Assembly: GCA_964534625.1 (NCBI GenBank)
Contig: CAZHRF010000017.1
Location: forward strand, 1 to 58,217
Direction: 5' to 3'
DNA from: an uncultured archaeon
GTDB taxonomy: Archaea > Asgardarchaeota > Heimdallarchaeia > Heimdallarchaeales > Heimdallarchaeaceae
Length of the DNA stretch: 58,217 nucleotides
Notes under the pieces: model-generated
Told to the model about the DNA's origin: nothing
Databases searched by the model: none
The model's input: only the letters and a program-made list of their open reading frames with translations
Program-made: the position numbers and the translations under genes
Part shown: in pieces, positions 39,963 to 49,493 of the stretch
How the letters are laid out: each line of letters begins with the position of its first letter
Numbering within the stretch: the first letter of the stretch is position 1

Positions 39963-40835
39963 CTATGAAAATGTTAGTTCCATTTGTACTTTGATTAAAT
40001 TCATTTTTAATAAATGGGTTGTAAATTGGGAATTTGCAGGGAAGTAGAATGGATTTTCAATATGAATACTTCCATATTCATCTACAAGCTGAGTTTCACC
40101 TTGTATTGCCTCATTAAAATATACATCCTCTAGTTGCGTTTTTTCTGTTCCCAGATAGTTAATTTGGACATTTATTGATGTCTGTTCAGGTACATAATTA
40201 CTACTAGTATTATAAATAAGATCTATAGTAGTAATACCAATCTGGTATATCTCAGTGTTACCTTCTTGCTGGTAATCGATATTTAGAAAATATCTATAAT
40301 ATAAAGCCAGGTACAAGAAGTTAGTACTTTCACCAAAAATCCCCCTCGATTCGTTGAGAACCGTTATATCATTGTACAAAGTTGGACTACCGTTTAAGAA
40401 AAGGTAATCTTGGTTAGACGGTCCTATGAGATAACGATGTTCGCCTTTTTGATAATCAGCTGTATATGCGCTTCGATGCATTAATCTAGTGATTTTTTCT
40501 GTAAAAGGCATTTGAATAAGAGCATCATTCTGGTCTTTTAGATAAAAAAATAACTCCCAACTGTCATCAACATAGAGTCTACCTTCTTGCTGGGTAAATG
40601 TAAGTTTTTTTACTGCAGGTGGACGCTGATAACTTAAGTCTTTTACTACTGAGTCAATGGACGTAAAATATAATCGTGAACTATTATTGTAACTGTTGCC
40701 TTTGAAACTCTCTAAAGAAGGCCACATGTAAATTAAAGAGATACCTATAGATAACATTATTAAAGCAAACATTAATAATGTAGCTATTAGGGGGGAAATA
40801 GCTTTTCTTTTTTTAATTAGAGTCGATAAATTCAT
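39963..40835 (-). CDS. Archaeal type IV pilin-like protein (class III signal peptide)
   Basis: MNLSTLIKKRKA|ISPLIATLLMFAL prepilin/archaellin-type N-terminus. Likely start is ATG 40835. Confidence 0.75.
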   Translation of the reverse strand: MNLSTLIKKRKAISPLIATLLMFALIMLSIGISLIYMWPSLESFKGNSYNNSSRLYFTSIDSVVKDLSYQRPPAVKKLTFTQQEGRLYVDDSWELFFYLKDQNDALIQMPFTEKITRLMHRSAYTADYQKGEHRYLIGPSNQDYLFLNGSPTLYNDITVLNESRGIFGESTNFLYLALYYRYFLNIDYQQEGNTEIYQIGITTIDLIYNTSSNYVPEQTSINVQINYLGTEKTQLEDVYFNEAIQGETQLVDEYGSIHIENPFYFPANSQFTTHLLKMNLIKVQMELTFS

Positions 40836-40970
40836 TGGTTGAATTAAATTAGGTATTAACAAATTTAACTCTATCGGAAAAAGTAATTGCAATGCTATTT
40901 TTGTATCATACAATGGATGTTTCGAAATCTTTCGAAAAGAATATATATATTAGATAGATATGGAATGTGT

Positions 40971-43900
40971 ATGCAAGAAGGAATAGACGATTCATTGATG
41001 GATACTGGTGCTGGTGTTCCAATCTTAGAGGAAACCTATCCTGTGAGTCCGCCATTTTCGTATGTGTTAATACAAACTGATCCCATATCAAAAAGGACTA
41101 CTTACATGGTAGTTGAAATCCCCTTAGATAATAAGGAACAAGCAATATACAAAAAAATCTTAGATATCATGATTGAAGAACTTGATATTGAACGAGACAA
41201 ACTTAATCAAGAAAAAGCTGAAGAGTTTTTGAAAAAGAAGATTGTCGACATTATCAAGCGTTATCGTATATCTTTGAATGAATCTCAGTTTGAAAAGATT
41301 ATGTATTATCTATCACGAGATCTTATAGGGTATGGTAAAATTCAACCATTAATGTTAGATCCTAACATCGAAGATATTTCAAATGATGGTGTGGGTGTAC
41401 CAATTTATGTTTGGCATAGAAAGTACGAATCAATAGCAACTAATGTTGTATTTGAAGATGAAGGAGTTTTAGACAGTTTTATTATTAAAATGGCACAGAG
41501 AGCTAATAGACATGTAAGCATAGCCAACCCCTTATTAGATGCTTCTTTACCTGATGGAAGCCGTGTACAATTAAGTTATGGCAAAGAAGTTACTCAGCGG
41601 GGGTCTACATTTACTATACGTAAATTTAAAGCTGATCCATTTACAATATCTGATTTAATCTTATACAATACAATTGACTTAGATATTGCAGCCTATTATT
41701 GGTATGTAATGGAACATAATGTAAGTATATTGGTAGCAGGAGGAACTGCAGCTGGGAAAACAACCTTGTTAAATACTCTTGCAATGATGATTAAACCAAA
41801 TATGAAAGTAGTAACGATTGAAGATTCTGTGACTCCAGATAGCGAGATGCTTATTAAGAAAGATAATTCACTTGTTCGTGTAACAATAGGGGACTTAGTT
41901 GATGAAATGATAGATAAATATCCTTCAAGAAAGTTAGATAGTGGTCATGAAGTATGTTCAATCAATCCAGAAAATATTGAGATACAATCAATGCAAAATG
42001 AGTCTATTAAATTTACTCCTATTACTTCTTTTATCCGACATAAAATAAATAAAAAAATCTATCAAGTTATTACATCAACAGGAAGAAGGATAAAAGTTAC
42101 TGGTGATCATTCTCTATTCACGTTAGATGAAAATTGCAAGGTAACACAAATAGCCACTAGAGATTTACGAATAGGGGATAAAATTGCAACACCCAGATCT
42201 CTTGAATCATCAAAAACTGAAGTTGAAAAAGTTGATTTGTTAGATCATCTTAAACATTTAACAAATACATATGTAATAGGTTCTCCTGTTAAGAAAATAC
42301 TTAAAAAGTATAAGAATGAGCTTATAAACCATCTAGGTTTGAATATCCACACCTATAGATGGAGACTCAAAAAATCCCTATTGTCATGTAAAGACTTCTA
42401 CAAGCTCATTAGGTATTACAATCTCAATCTTTTAGCATCAAGTTTAGACAATATTGTCTTGAGGAGTAAAAATGGTTTGCATACTTTACCCCCCACTCTT
42501 TCTTTAACAGATGAATTTTTGGAAATGATTGGATTATGGTTAGCTGAGGGTTCCTATGATAAGCATTCGATTCTTATAACTAATACGGAAACTCCTTGTC
42601 GCAATCTTGTTAATAGAGTAGCCATTCAGCTTGGGTTACATGTAAAAGACCATTCTGATGGTGCAACTATGATGCTTAACAGCTCTCTTTTGAGAACAAT
42701 ATTTAAGAACGTATTAAATCTCAAAGGTCATGCAAATACGAAACGAATACCTAACTGGGTATTCAATCTCTCCAATCGTCAAATATGTTTGATTCTAAAA
42801 GGCTTATTCAGCGGAGATGGTTCCGTAAATAAACATGAGATTTGTTTGACATCTCAATCACTCGGACTACTAAAGGATGTTCAAACATTATTACTTAAGT
42901 TGGATATTCTCTCACACATATCTAAGAATAAGTATAAAAAAGATCAAACTTTCAGACTTAGGATTAGTTCAATATCTAACTTGGTAGGATTTAAAGATCA
43001 AATTGGGTTTATACAAACAAGAAAATTAGATGTATTAAAAACTCGTATTACAAACAGAGAAATGGCGCATCATAGTATAACTGATACTATTCCTATATCT
43101 AATAAAATGATTGAAACGCTTGAGAAACTTGATATAGAAAAGAAATTCCATTTCAAAACATATAAAAATAACCCAAAAAGCAATATTGGAAGGAATTACC
43201 TTGATAAGATTCTGGAGTATTATGGGGACCAATCATATAATTCCCATTCCCACTCCTTATTGACAAAAATGGAACTTACCGCTACATCAGATATTTTATG
43301 GGACAAAATTGTAAGTATTGAAGAACTTGATAGTAAATTCAATTATGTATACGATTTATCTGTTTCCGAAATGGAAAACTTTGTTTGTGAAAATATTGTT
43401 GTTCATAATACAGCTGAGTTAAATTTGGCTCATGAAAATTGGATACCTAGTGTCGTACGTTCTGGTTTTGGCGAAGCATCAGAAACAGGATTTAGACGGG
43501 GACAAATTTCCATGTATGAATTATTGCGTGCTGCTATGAGACAAAGACCTGATTACATAATTGTTGGTGAAATTAGAGGATCCGAGGCTTATGCAATGTT
43601 CCAAGCGATGAGTACTGGACATCGAGGACTTGGAACTATCCATGGTGATTCGGTAGAAGGCGTAATTCACAGATTAGAGAGTAAACCAATGGATATTCCT
43701 AGATCTATGATGAAATCATTAGATATTATTCATGTTATACGAAAGGTAAGGCATAAATCTAAATTTGCAAGAAGAACAATGGCTATTACAGAAATTATCG
43801 GTCTGGATCCAGTTACAGAAGAGTTATTAACCAACAAAATCTATCAATGGAACGCTCGAGAAGATGCATACATTAATTTTGGTAGAAGTTATGTAATAGA

Positions 43901-44090
43901 AAAAATTCTGGAGAACACGGGAGATACAGAACGTGAAGTACAAGAAGAAATGGAAAGGCGAAAAACCATTTTAAGATGGATGACAAAAAAGAGAGTACGT
44001 TACTTTGAAGATGTTGCTTCAATCCTACAAGAATACTATGCAGACCCAGACAGTTCTTTAGAAAAAGCAAGAAAAGGGTTAAAAGGATAA
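40971..44090 (+). CDS. Type II/IV secretion (archaeal pilus assembly) ATPase with intein
   Basis: LPDGSRVQ, FTIRKF, Walker A GGTAAGKTT, TIED|TAEL, RQRPDYIIVGEIRG and TGH..TIH motifs. Likely start is near 40971 (ORF track starts at 40887). Confidence 0.9.
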   Translation: MQEGIDDSLMDTGAGVPILEETYPVSPPFSYVLIQTDPISKRTTYMVVEIPLDNKEQAIYKKILDIMIEELDIERDKLNQEKAEEFLKKKIVDIIKRYRISLNESQFEKIMYYLSRDLIGYGKIQPLMLDPNIEDISNDGVGVPIYVWHRKYESIATNVVFEDEGVLDSFIIKMAQRANRHVSIANPLLDASLPDGSRVQLSYGKEVTQRGSTFTIRKFKADPFTISDLILYNTIDLDIAAYYWYVMEHNVSILVAGGTAAGKTTLLNTLAMMIKPNMKVVTIEDSVTPDSEMLIKKDNSLVRVTIGDLVDEMIDKYPSRKLDSGHEVCSINPENIEIQSMQNESIKFTPITSFIRHKINKKIYQVITSTGRRIKVTGDHSLFTLDENCKVTQIATRDLRIGDKIATPRSLESSKTEVEKVDLLDHLKHLTNTYVIGSPVKKILKKYKNELINHLGLNIHTYRWRLKKSLLSCKDFYKLIRYYNLNLLASSLDNIVLRSKNGLHTLPPTLSLTDEFLEMIGLWLAEGSYDKHSILITNTETPCRNLVNRVAIQLGLHVKDHSDGATMMLNSSLLRTIFKNVLNLKGHANTKRIPNWVFNLSNRQICLILKGLFSGDGSVNKHEICLTSQSLGLLKDVQTLLLKLDILSHISKNKYKKDQTFRLRISSISNLVGFKDQIGFIQTRKLDVLKTRITNREMAHHSITDTIPISNKMIETLEKLDIEKKFHFKTYKNNPKSNIGRNYLDKILEYYGDQSYNSHSHSLLTKMELTATSDILWDKIVSIEELDSKFNYVYDLSVSEMENFVCENIVVHNTAELNLAHENWIPSVVRSGFGEASETGFRRGQISMYELLRAAMRQRPDYIIVGEIRGSEAYAMFQAMSTGHRGLGTIHGDSVEGVIHRLESKPMDIPRSMMKSLDIIHVIRKVRHKSKFARRTMAITEIIGLDPVTEELLTNKIYQWNAREDAYINFGRSYVIEKILENTGDTEREVQEEMERRKTILRWMTKKRVRYFEDVASILQEYYADPDSSLEKARKGLKG
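41826..43409 (+). mobile_element. Intein in pilus ATPase (528 aa, Ser1, LAGLIDADG)
   Basis: TIED|SVTPDS...TGDHS...GLWLAEG...GLFSGDG...VYDLSV...IVVHN|TAE. Confidence 0.9.
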
Positions 44091-44199
44091 TCCCTCCCCT
44101 CTTTATTTTTATTGTAAAATTTAAGTTAAGCGTTCATAATCAGATAATGAAAGGTTTAATAACTAATTAATGTTAAAAAATATTAGTGAGATTGATATC

Positions 44200-44835
44200 A
44201 TGAAAGATGACAAGGATAAACGAGATAAGAAAAAGAAAAAGGAAGATGAGTGGCGGGATTCATTTGATGATATTGCTTTCAATTTTGATGCATATAGAGG
44301 AGATTTCGAAAAAATCTTTGAAGAGATCTTACCCCAATTGCGAGGGGGTTCTTTTGGTCGAATGATGGATGAAATGATAAAAAATTTAATGCGTACATTG
44401 CAAGATGGTTTTGATGCATCAAAATTTGAGGATTTTATGGAAAAATCATATGTTTATGGATTTAATATAGGCGTTGATGAAAGAGGAAAACCTGTATTTA
44501 GACAATTTGGGAATGTGAAACCTCAAGAAAAAGGTGATATCACCTCATCTGAATATAGAGAACCCTTAATAGATATTTTTAAAGAGAAAGAGAATGTGAG
44601 AGTAATTGCAGAAGTTCCTGGAATTGAAAAAGGGGATATAAAATTAACAGGAAAAGAAACATCATTAACTATCAATGCTCAGTCGAAAAATAGAAAATAC
44701 GAAAAAACAATTGAATTACCTGTTGCTGTTAAAATAGAGACAGCTAAAGCCAAATACAAAAATGGTGTTCTAGAAGTAGTAATTGAAAGAAAGGAAAAAG
44801 GAAAAAAAGATGAAGTAGAAATAAATATTGACTAA
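44200..44835 (+). CDS. hsp20: Archaeal small heat-shock protein Hsp20
   Basis: YVYGF...G.P.FRQFGN, EPLIDI, AEVPGIEK and AKYKNGVLEV motifs. Confidence 0.92.
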   Translation: MKDDKDKRDKKKKKEDEWRDSFDDIAFNFDAYRGDFEKIFEEILPQLRGGSFGRMMDEMIKNLMRTLQDGFDASKFEDFMEKSYVYGFNIGVDERGKPVFRQFGNVKPQEKGDITSSEYREPLIDIFKEKENVRVIAEVPGIEKGDIKLTGKETSLTINAQSKNRKYEKTIELPVAVKIETAKAKYKNGVLEVVIERKEKGKKDEVEINID

Positions 44836-44848
44836 ACTTTTCTTTTTA

Positions 44849-45307
44849 TCAATAATTTTTAAGAAACTCTTGGCTTTCGTTTTTGATTTCAAATTTCTCA
44901 TCAACTATATCCAAATGTAATGTATCCTTTAGAGATTTTTGACTGACAAAATTATGTTTTAAATCAAGTTTTATTTCACTTTTATTCAATTTAGAATAGG
45001 GTTTTGTAATTAATAGTTGATGTTTGTCTACTTGGATCATGGCACATAATAAGTTTTGTTTGCATCCGCCTTTGTAGAGATATTCTTTGTTTTGTGTGCC
45101 ATAAACTAGATTTCCTCCTTTGCTGGGACAATTACAAATTTCTATAAAAACTGGTGCATTACTATAATTTCGTTTCTTATTTGCTAGTTTTGAAATGGCT
45201 TTCTCAAGTCTATGACTGAGAAATGAATCTTGCGCTCTCATGACAACCATCATTAGAAGAAAAAGACTCAATAATATCTTTTGTAATATCGAGGGATTAT
45301 ATGGCAC
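44849..45307 (-). CDS. Hypothetical protein with N-terminal hydrophobic helix
   Basis: 152-aa ORF filling the gap, one TM or signal-like segment, several Cys. Confidence 0.45.
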   Translation of the reverse strand: MPYNPSILQKILLSLFLLMMVVMRAQDSFLSHRLEKAISKLANKKRNYSNAPVFIEICNCPSKGGNLVYGTQNKEYLYKGGCKQNLLCAMIQVDKHQLLITKPYSKLNKSEIKLDLKHNFVSQKSLKDTLHLDIVDEKFEIKNESQEFLKNY

Positions 45308-45521
45308 ACGTCCTTAATAAGGCTAGCGTAATATCCGGATAACACACACTTTCCATTGAATTTGGATTTAAAGTAGACTACTTAAAGACCTTATCATATT
45401 AATTTACTATATTTTAATATATATTTATTCCAGCTATCACTTTTTTGGTTTTTCAAAACAATTTGCAGATTAACCAAAGAAATAAAAACAGATTAATAAA
45501 TTTGATAGTAGAGGAACTCTA

Positions 45522-46229
45522 ATGTGGATTGCTAAAGTATCGGGTGTTACAAATTATGACACTGCCCTAGCTATGGATATCGCTGAAGAATTTGCTATAG
45601 GTTTAATTATTGATGACATTAAAGATATAAGAAATATTAGCAAATATGACGCTCGAAGAATATTTGCAAGTCTAGAAAACTGTACAGGAATTGCAGAAAT
45701 AAGTCCAACTTCTATTGATGATATCTTCTCTATCATTGATGAGTGCAAACCAGATATGATACAAATAAATGGAGAGTATTTACAAGATGAAAATGTTTTA
45801 ATTGAAATGCAGTCAATAATTCCTAGTCCTATAATAGGTTCTCTATTTCTTGATGAAAAAACACTAGAACCTCAGATATTGGGTGATAATCCAGTTAAAG
45901 CTGCCCAAATATTAGATCAATATGTTGCCGCTATTAATGTTAATCTACCACTAGGAAAAAGTTGGAAATCTCCAAACAAGAAAAAAGAAGTTGTAGAATT
46001 AATAACAAAGATAAAAGATTCAATTCATAATCCCCTAATAATTGGTGGAGGATTAGACTCTTTTAATGTAGAAAAAATTGTTCGCACACTTAAACCGAGT
46101 GCAGTTGATATTTCAACCGCAGTAGAAAGACCTTTGGGAATTAAAGACCCAGTTTTAATGCAAGAATTTTTGCAAGCTGTTTATGATTCAAAACCATATA
46201 TAAGTGGAGTCAAATTAAAAATGCAGTGA
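45522..46229 (+). CDS. Phosphoribosylanthranilate isomerase (TrpF)-like TIM barrel, catalytic residues altered
   Basis: AKVSG (canonical KICG), IQING, GGGLDSFNV and AVDISTAVE...G.KD motifs. Confidence 0.7.
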   Translation: MWIAKVSGVTNYDTALAMDIAEEFAIGLIIDDIKDIRNISKYDARRIFASLENCTGIAEISPTSIDDIFSIIDECKPDMIQINGEYLQDENVLIEMQSIIPSPIIGSLFLDEKTLEPQILGDNPVKAAQILDQYVAAINVNLPLGKSWKSPNKKKEVVELITKIKDSIHNPLIIGGGLDSFNVEKIVRTLKPSAVDISTAVERPLGIKDPVLMQEFLQAVYDSKPYISGVKLKMQ

Positions 46230-46266
46230 AATAATAAAAATAAAACCTGGTTTTTAATTTAGGCAA

Positions 46267-46974
46267 TTAAAAAAGAGATTTAATATATTCCCAGATTACC
46301 TTTTTTGAGATTTTAGAATCTCCAAAGTTGCGAGAGCCAAATACATAATTAATGTTATCAATTTTTAATTCGGCTTCATTTAATTTCAAAAAATCAAATA
46401 GTATTTTATATCCTTTCGGATTAAATTTTGATTTTTTTGTTACTATTATGGTTTGCCAAAGAACCGTTTTGCTACCAAAGAAACCTGACATGATATCCTT
46501 AGCTGCTTTTTTGTTGCGAAAGAATAAAGATATTCGCCCTAAAATAGTGGCTACTTTGGACATGAATTTTCTATGAATTGGCCATTCATCAACAACCTTA
46601 ATTCTATTGCCAACAACTAGATTATTACCTGATTTTAAAGAAGTATAGAACTCTTTAACTCTTTCTGGAGGATGTTGTAAATCACCATCCATGACTATAA
46701 ATTGAGGTGTTTCAACAAAATCAATTGCATGTAGAATACTTGCAGTTAATCCCTTTGAATCTTGCTTTTTTCGGTCAAGGAAGAATATGTCTAAGGAGCC
46801 CTTAAAGTTTATAACCTTTTCTTGAGTTTTATCAGACGATCCGTCGTCAGCTATGATTATTTTGGCATTTGGAACATATTCATCTAATTCTGAAAGTAAT
46901 GGATAAATACTATCTTCTTCATTTAGTGTGGGAATTATAATTGTAAGGTCGTTATACTCTTCAAGACCGCTCAT
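46267..46974 (-). CDS. GT2 glycosyltransferase (polyprenol-phosphate mannosyltransferase-like)
   Basis: IIIPTLNE, DDGSSDKT, MDGDLQHPP, DIMSGFF and R..GDSK motifs. Confidence 0.88.
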   Translation of the reverse strand: MSGLEEYNDLTIIIPTLNEEDSIYPLLSELDEYVPNAKIIIADDGSSDKTQEKVINFKGSLDIFFLDRKKQDSKGLTASILHAIDFVETPQFIVMDGDLQHPPERVKEFYTSLKSGNNLVVGNRIKVVDEWPIHRKFMSKVATILGRISLFFRNKKAAKDIMSGFFGSKTVLWQTIIVTKKSKFNPKGYKILFDFLKLNEAELKIDNINYVFGSRNFGDSKISKKVIWEYIKSLF

Positions 46975-47146
46975 AAATTGCAGTAAACTCAAACGATTAA
47001 TAATTTTTAGATATGATTTATATTAAAATAAGAATAAAGCAATAGTCGGTAGAAACAAAAAAATTACTGATATTCAATAAAATATGCAAAGCGATTGTGT
47101 TGTAACCAACACTAAATATATTAAGTACTAAAATAAGAGTGATAAT

Positions 47147-47770
47147 ATGAGCTTGTTTATTATCGAATCAACTGGTGAGTTGAATGAGTGTAATGACAAA
47201 GAAAAAGCATTACAATCTTGCAATGTGCTTATTGTTATATCTCATGACCAAAAAAAAGTTTTCACATGGATTGGCAGTCAAGCATCCCCTCATTCAAAGT
47301 TTGCTTGTGCTAGAGAAAGTTCAAGAGTTCGAATGGAGCTTGGATATAGAATAGCGAATTTGGAGGAGGTACACACAACAGATGAATTCCTAAAGGCTGT
47401 TGATGAAGTAACAGGCAGTTCAGATGATGTTTCGATTAAACCTCAACCTCAACTCAAAGCCCATTCCCGACCTAAAGAAGCCATAAGTTCAAAAAGTGAA
47501 TCACTACCACTAAAGTCTAAGTTATCTATAGATGAAATAGATCTAGATGAGATTTTCAAAAAACTGAGTACCCTCCCTCCTCTAGAAGATAAGATTAGAG
47601 ATTATGTTTTGATTGCAAATACATTATATATTTCTCCTGATGCTGTTGAGGGTGACGACTATGAAATAATGAATTCATTACCTGACGGTGCATTTGTAGC
47701 TGATGATTATATACCTCGATTATACGTAGAAGATGGTAAAATATTAGCTGTTGAATTGTGGCGCAATTAA
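47147..47770 (+). CDS. Single-gelsolin-domain protein with C-terminal extra domain (Asgard actin regulator-like)
   Basis: VLIVISH..KKVFTWIGSQAS..SKF gelsolin signature, linker, C-terminal RDYVLI...PRLYVEDGKILAVELW domain. Confidence 0.75.
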   Translation: MSLFIIESTGELNECNDKEKALQSCNVLIVISHDQKKVFTWIGSQASPHSKFACARESSRVRMELGYRIANLEEVHTTDEFLKAVDEVTGSSDDVSIKPQPQLKAHSRPKEAISSKSESLPLKSKLSIDEIDLDEIFKKLSTLPPLEDKIRDYVLIANTLYISPDAVEGDDYEIMNSLPDGAFVADDYIPRLYVEDGKILAVELWRN

Positions 47771-47840
47771 CAATTAAAAGCAGGATCCATGTTTCATGGT
47801 AAATTGTAAATCTAATAGTAAGCAATTATATTATTATTTA

Positions 47841-48377
47841 TTAATACTCCATCTGACTAATAACTTTTTTAGCTATTATGGTGTATATATCATCTACTCC
47901 AGTACCCATTTTTGCGGAGGATTCTAAAACTATATACCCGCTATCTTCCCATCTTTTTTGTGCTTCTTCCAATTTTACTTCACGTTTTTCAATTAAGTCT
48001 GTTTTATTCCCAACTATTACCATGGGTATATTAGAACATTTCTCTATTACCTCATTGATCCAATAATCCAAACTTTCAAATGTTTCACGTCGTGTCACAT
48101 CGTAAACCACAACTGCCCCATGAGCACCTGCATAATATCTCTTTCTAAGCGTTGCAAGCCTTTCTTGACCTACAGTATCAAAAAGAACTAGTTTTATTTT
48201 TGTGTCCTCATCTATATCTATCATTTTACTGTAGAAATCAACTCCCAGAGTAGGTAAATAATTGACTTGAAATTTATTTTGTGTGTATCTTACTGCAAGA
48301 CTAGTTTTACCTACACGATACATCCCAACATTGATTATTTTGATAATATATATAGTATCTTTAGATGAGGTATCCAT
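47841..48377 (-). CDS. Rab-like small GTPase
   Basis: G1 GMYRVGKTS, PTLGVDF, DTVGQE, YYAGA, GNKTD and ESSAK motifs. Likely start is ATG 48377. Confidence 0.9.
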   Translation of the reverse strand: MDTSSKDTIYIIKIINVGMYRVGKTSLAVRYTQNKFQVNYLPTLGVDFYSKMIDIDEDTKIKLVLFDTVGQERLATLRKRYYAGAHGAVVVYDVTRRETFESLDYWINEVIEKCSNIPMVIVGNKTDLIEKREVKLEEAQKRWEDSGYIVLESSAKMGTGVDDIYTIIAKKVISQMEY

Positions 48378-48431
48378 ATTGAAAGCATAGAAAGACTGAT
48401 ATAAGAGCATTTTGTTTTTACTCAAGGAAAT

Positions 48432-48469
48432 GTGAACTACTTGACAAAGTTTCTCGTGATGGGGCTGTT
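48432..48469 (-). mobile_element. Short IS200/IS605-type right-end scar
   Basis: Minus strand reads AGCCCCATCAC...GTAGTTCAC, matching AGCACCATCAC...GTAGTTCAC at the end of the tnpB remnant (57030-57059). Confidence 0.5.
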
Positions 48470-48629
48470 CTGTGAATTATTATCATGGAATTGCCTTAAT
48501 GCATGTGCCTTATAAAATAATAACCTTATATTTATATGCATATAAAAACTACATGAAAAAATGTTATATACTCACACTAATATTTTATGATGTAGTATAT
48601 TTAGATAAGTTCAAAGAGTGGATAGATAT

Positions 48630-49493
48630 ATGAGCAGTAAGATAGTTGAATCAATGGCATATTCCTATATAGGACGATTTATAGAACCCAATCTATCGGA
48701 GTTTGAAACGTTAAAAACAACACTGAGAAAAGCAGGTATAGATCAAAGTCTTAGAATGTATCTTTCCATTCGTATTTTTTGGGCTATTGTTCTATCAATA
48801 ACCTCTCTGATCCTGCTAATTGCAATAAAAATAATTTTTCCAGAGTTTTCTTTTATTCTTGTTATCATGCTTCCATTTTTTATCCTATTGTCTTTCTTTA
48901 TTTATATATGGTTATATCCTAATTATTTGCAAGGAGAAAGAAAAACGAAACTAGAGGCTGCCCTTCCAACAGCTGCGAGTTATATGACTGCAATGTCTTC
49001 AGCTGGTGTTACTCCAGATAAAATATTTGCGAGTTTATCAAAAGAAAAGATAGGTGAAGCAATTATAAAAGATGCAAAAAAGATAACTAGGGATATCTCA
49101 ATTTTTGGGTATGATATTGTTCATGCGTTGGGAGAAGCAGCATTAAGATCTCCTTCAGCCAAATATGCCAGTTTCTTAGAGGGTATTGTTGCAACATTTA
49201 CATCGGGTGGAGAACTTCAAAGATATTTAGAAGTTACAACAGAGGCATTAATGCAAGATAGGGTTCAGACTGAAAAGAATTTTATAGAAGCATTAGGGGT
49301 AATGGCAGAACTATTTATGGTTATGGGGGTTGTATCTCCTATATTTTTCATAGTTATTTTAGCTATGATGTCAATGTTATCAGATTCAGGTGACGCTTCT
49401 ATAGTATTGATGGCAACGCTCGTATATGTCATAATTCCTGTAAGTGAACTTGTAATTATATTATTGATTGATTTACAACAACCAGAGGTATAG
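48630..49493 (+). CDS. Type II secretion system F family (TadC/PilC-like) membrane platform protein
   Basis: LRKAG, LP.AASYM.AMSSAG and SGGEL..YL motifs, several TMs. Confidence 0.85.
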   Translation: MSSKIVESMAYSYIGRFIEPNLSEFETLKTTLRKAGIDQSLRMYLSIRIFWAIVLSITSLILLIAIKIIFPEFSFILVIMLPFFILLSFFIYIWLYPNYLQGERKTKLEAALPTAASYMTAMSSAGVTPDKIFASLSKEKIGEAIIKDAKKITRDISIFGYDIVHALGEAALRSPSAKYASFLEGIVATFTSGGELQRYLEVTTEALMQDRVQTEKNFIEALGVMAELFMVMGVVSPIFFIVILAMMSMLSDSGDASIVLMATLVYVIIPVSELVIILLIDLQQPEV

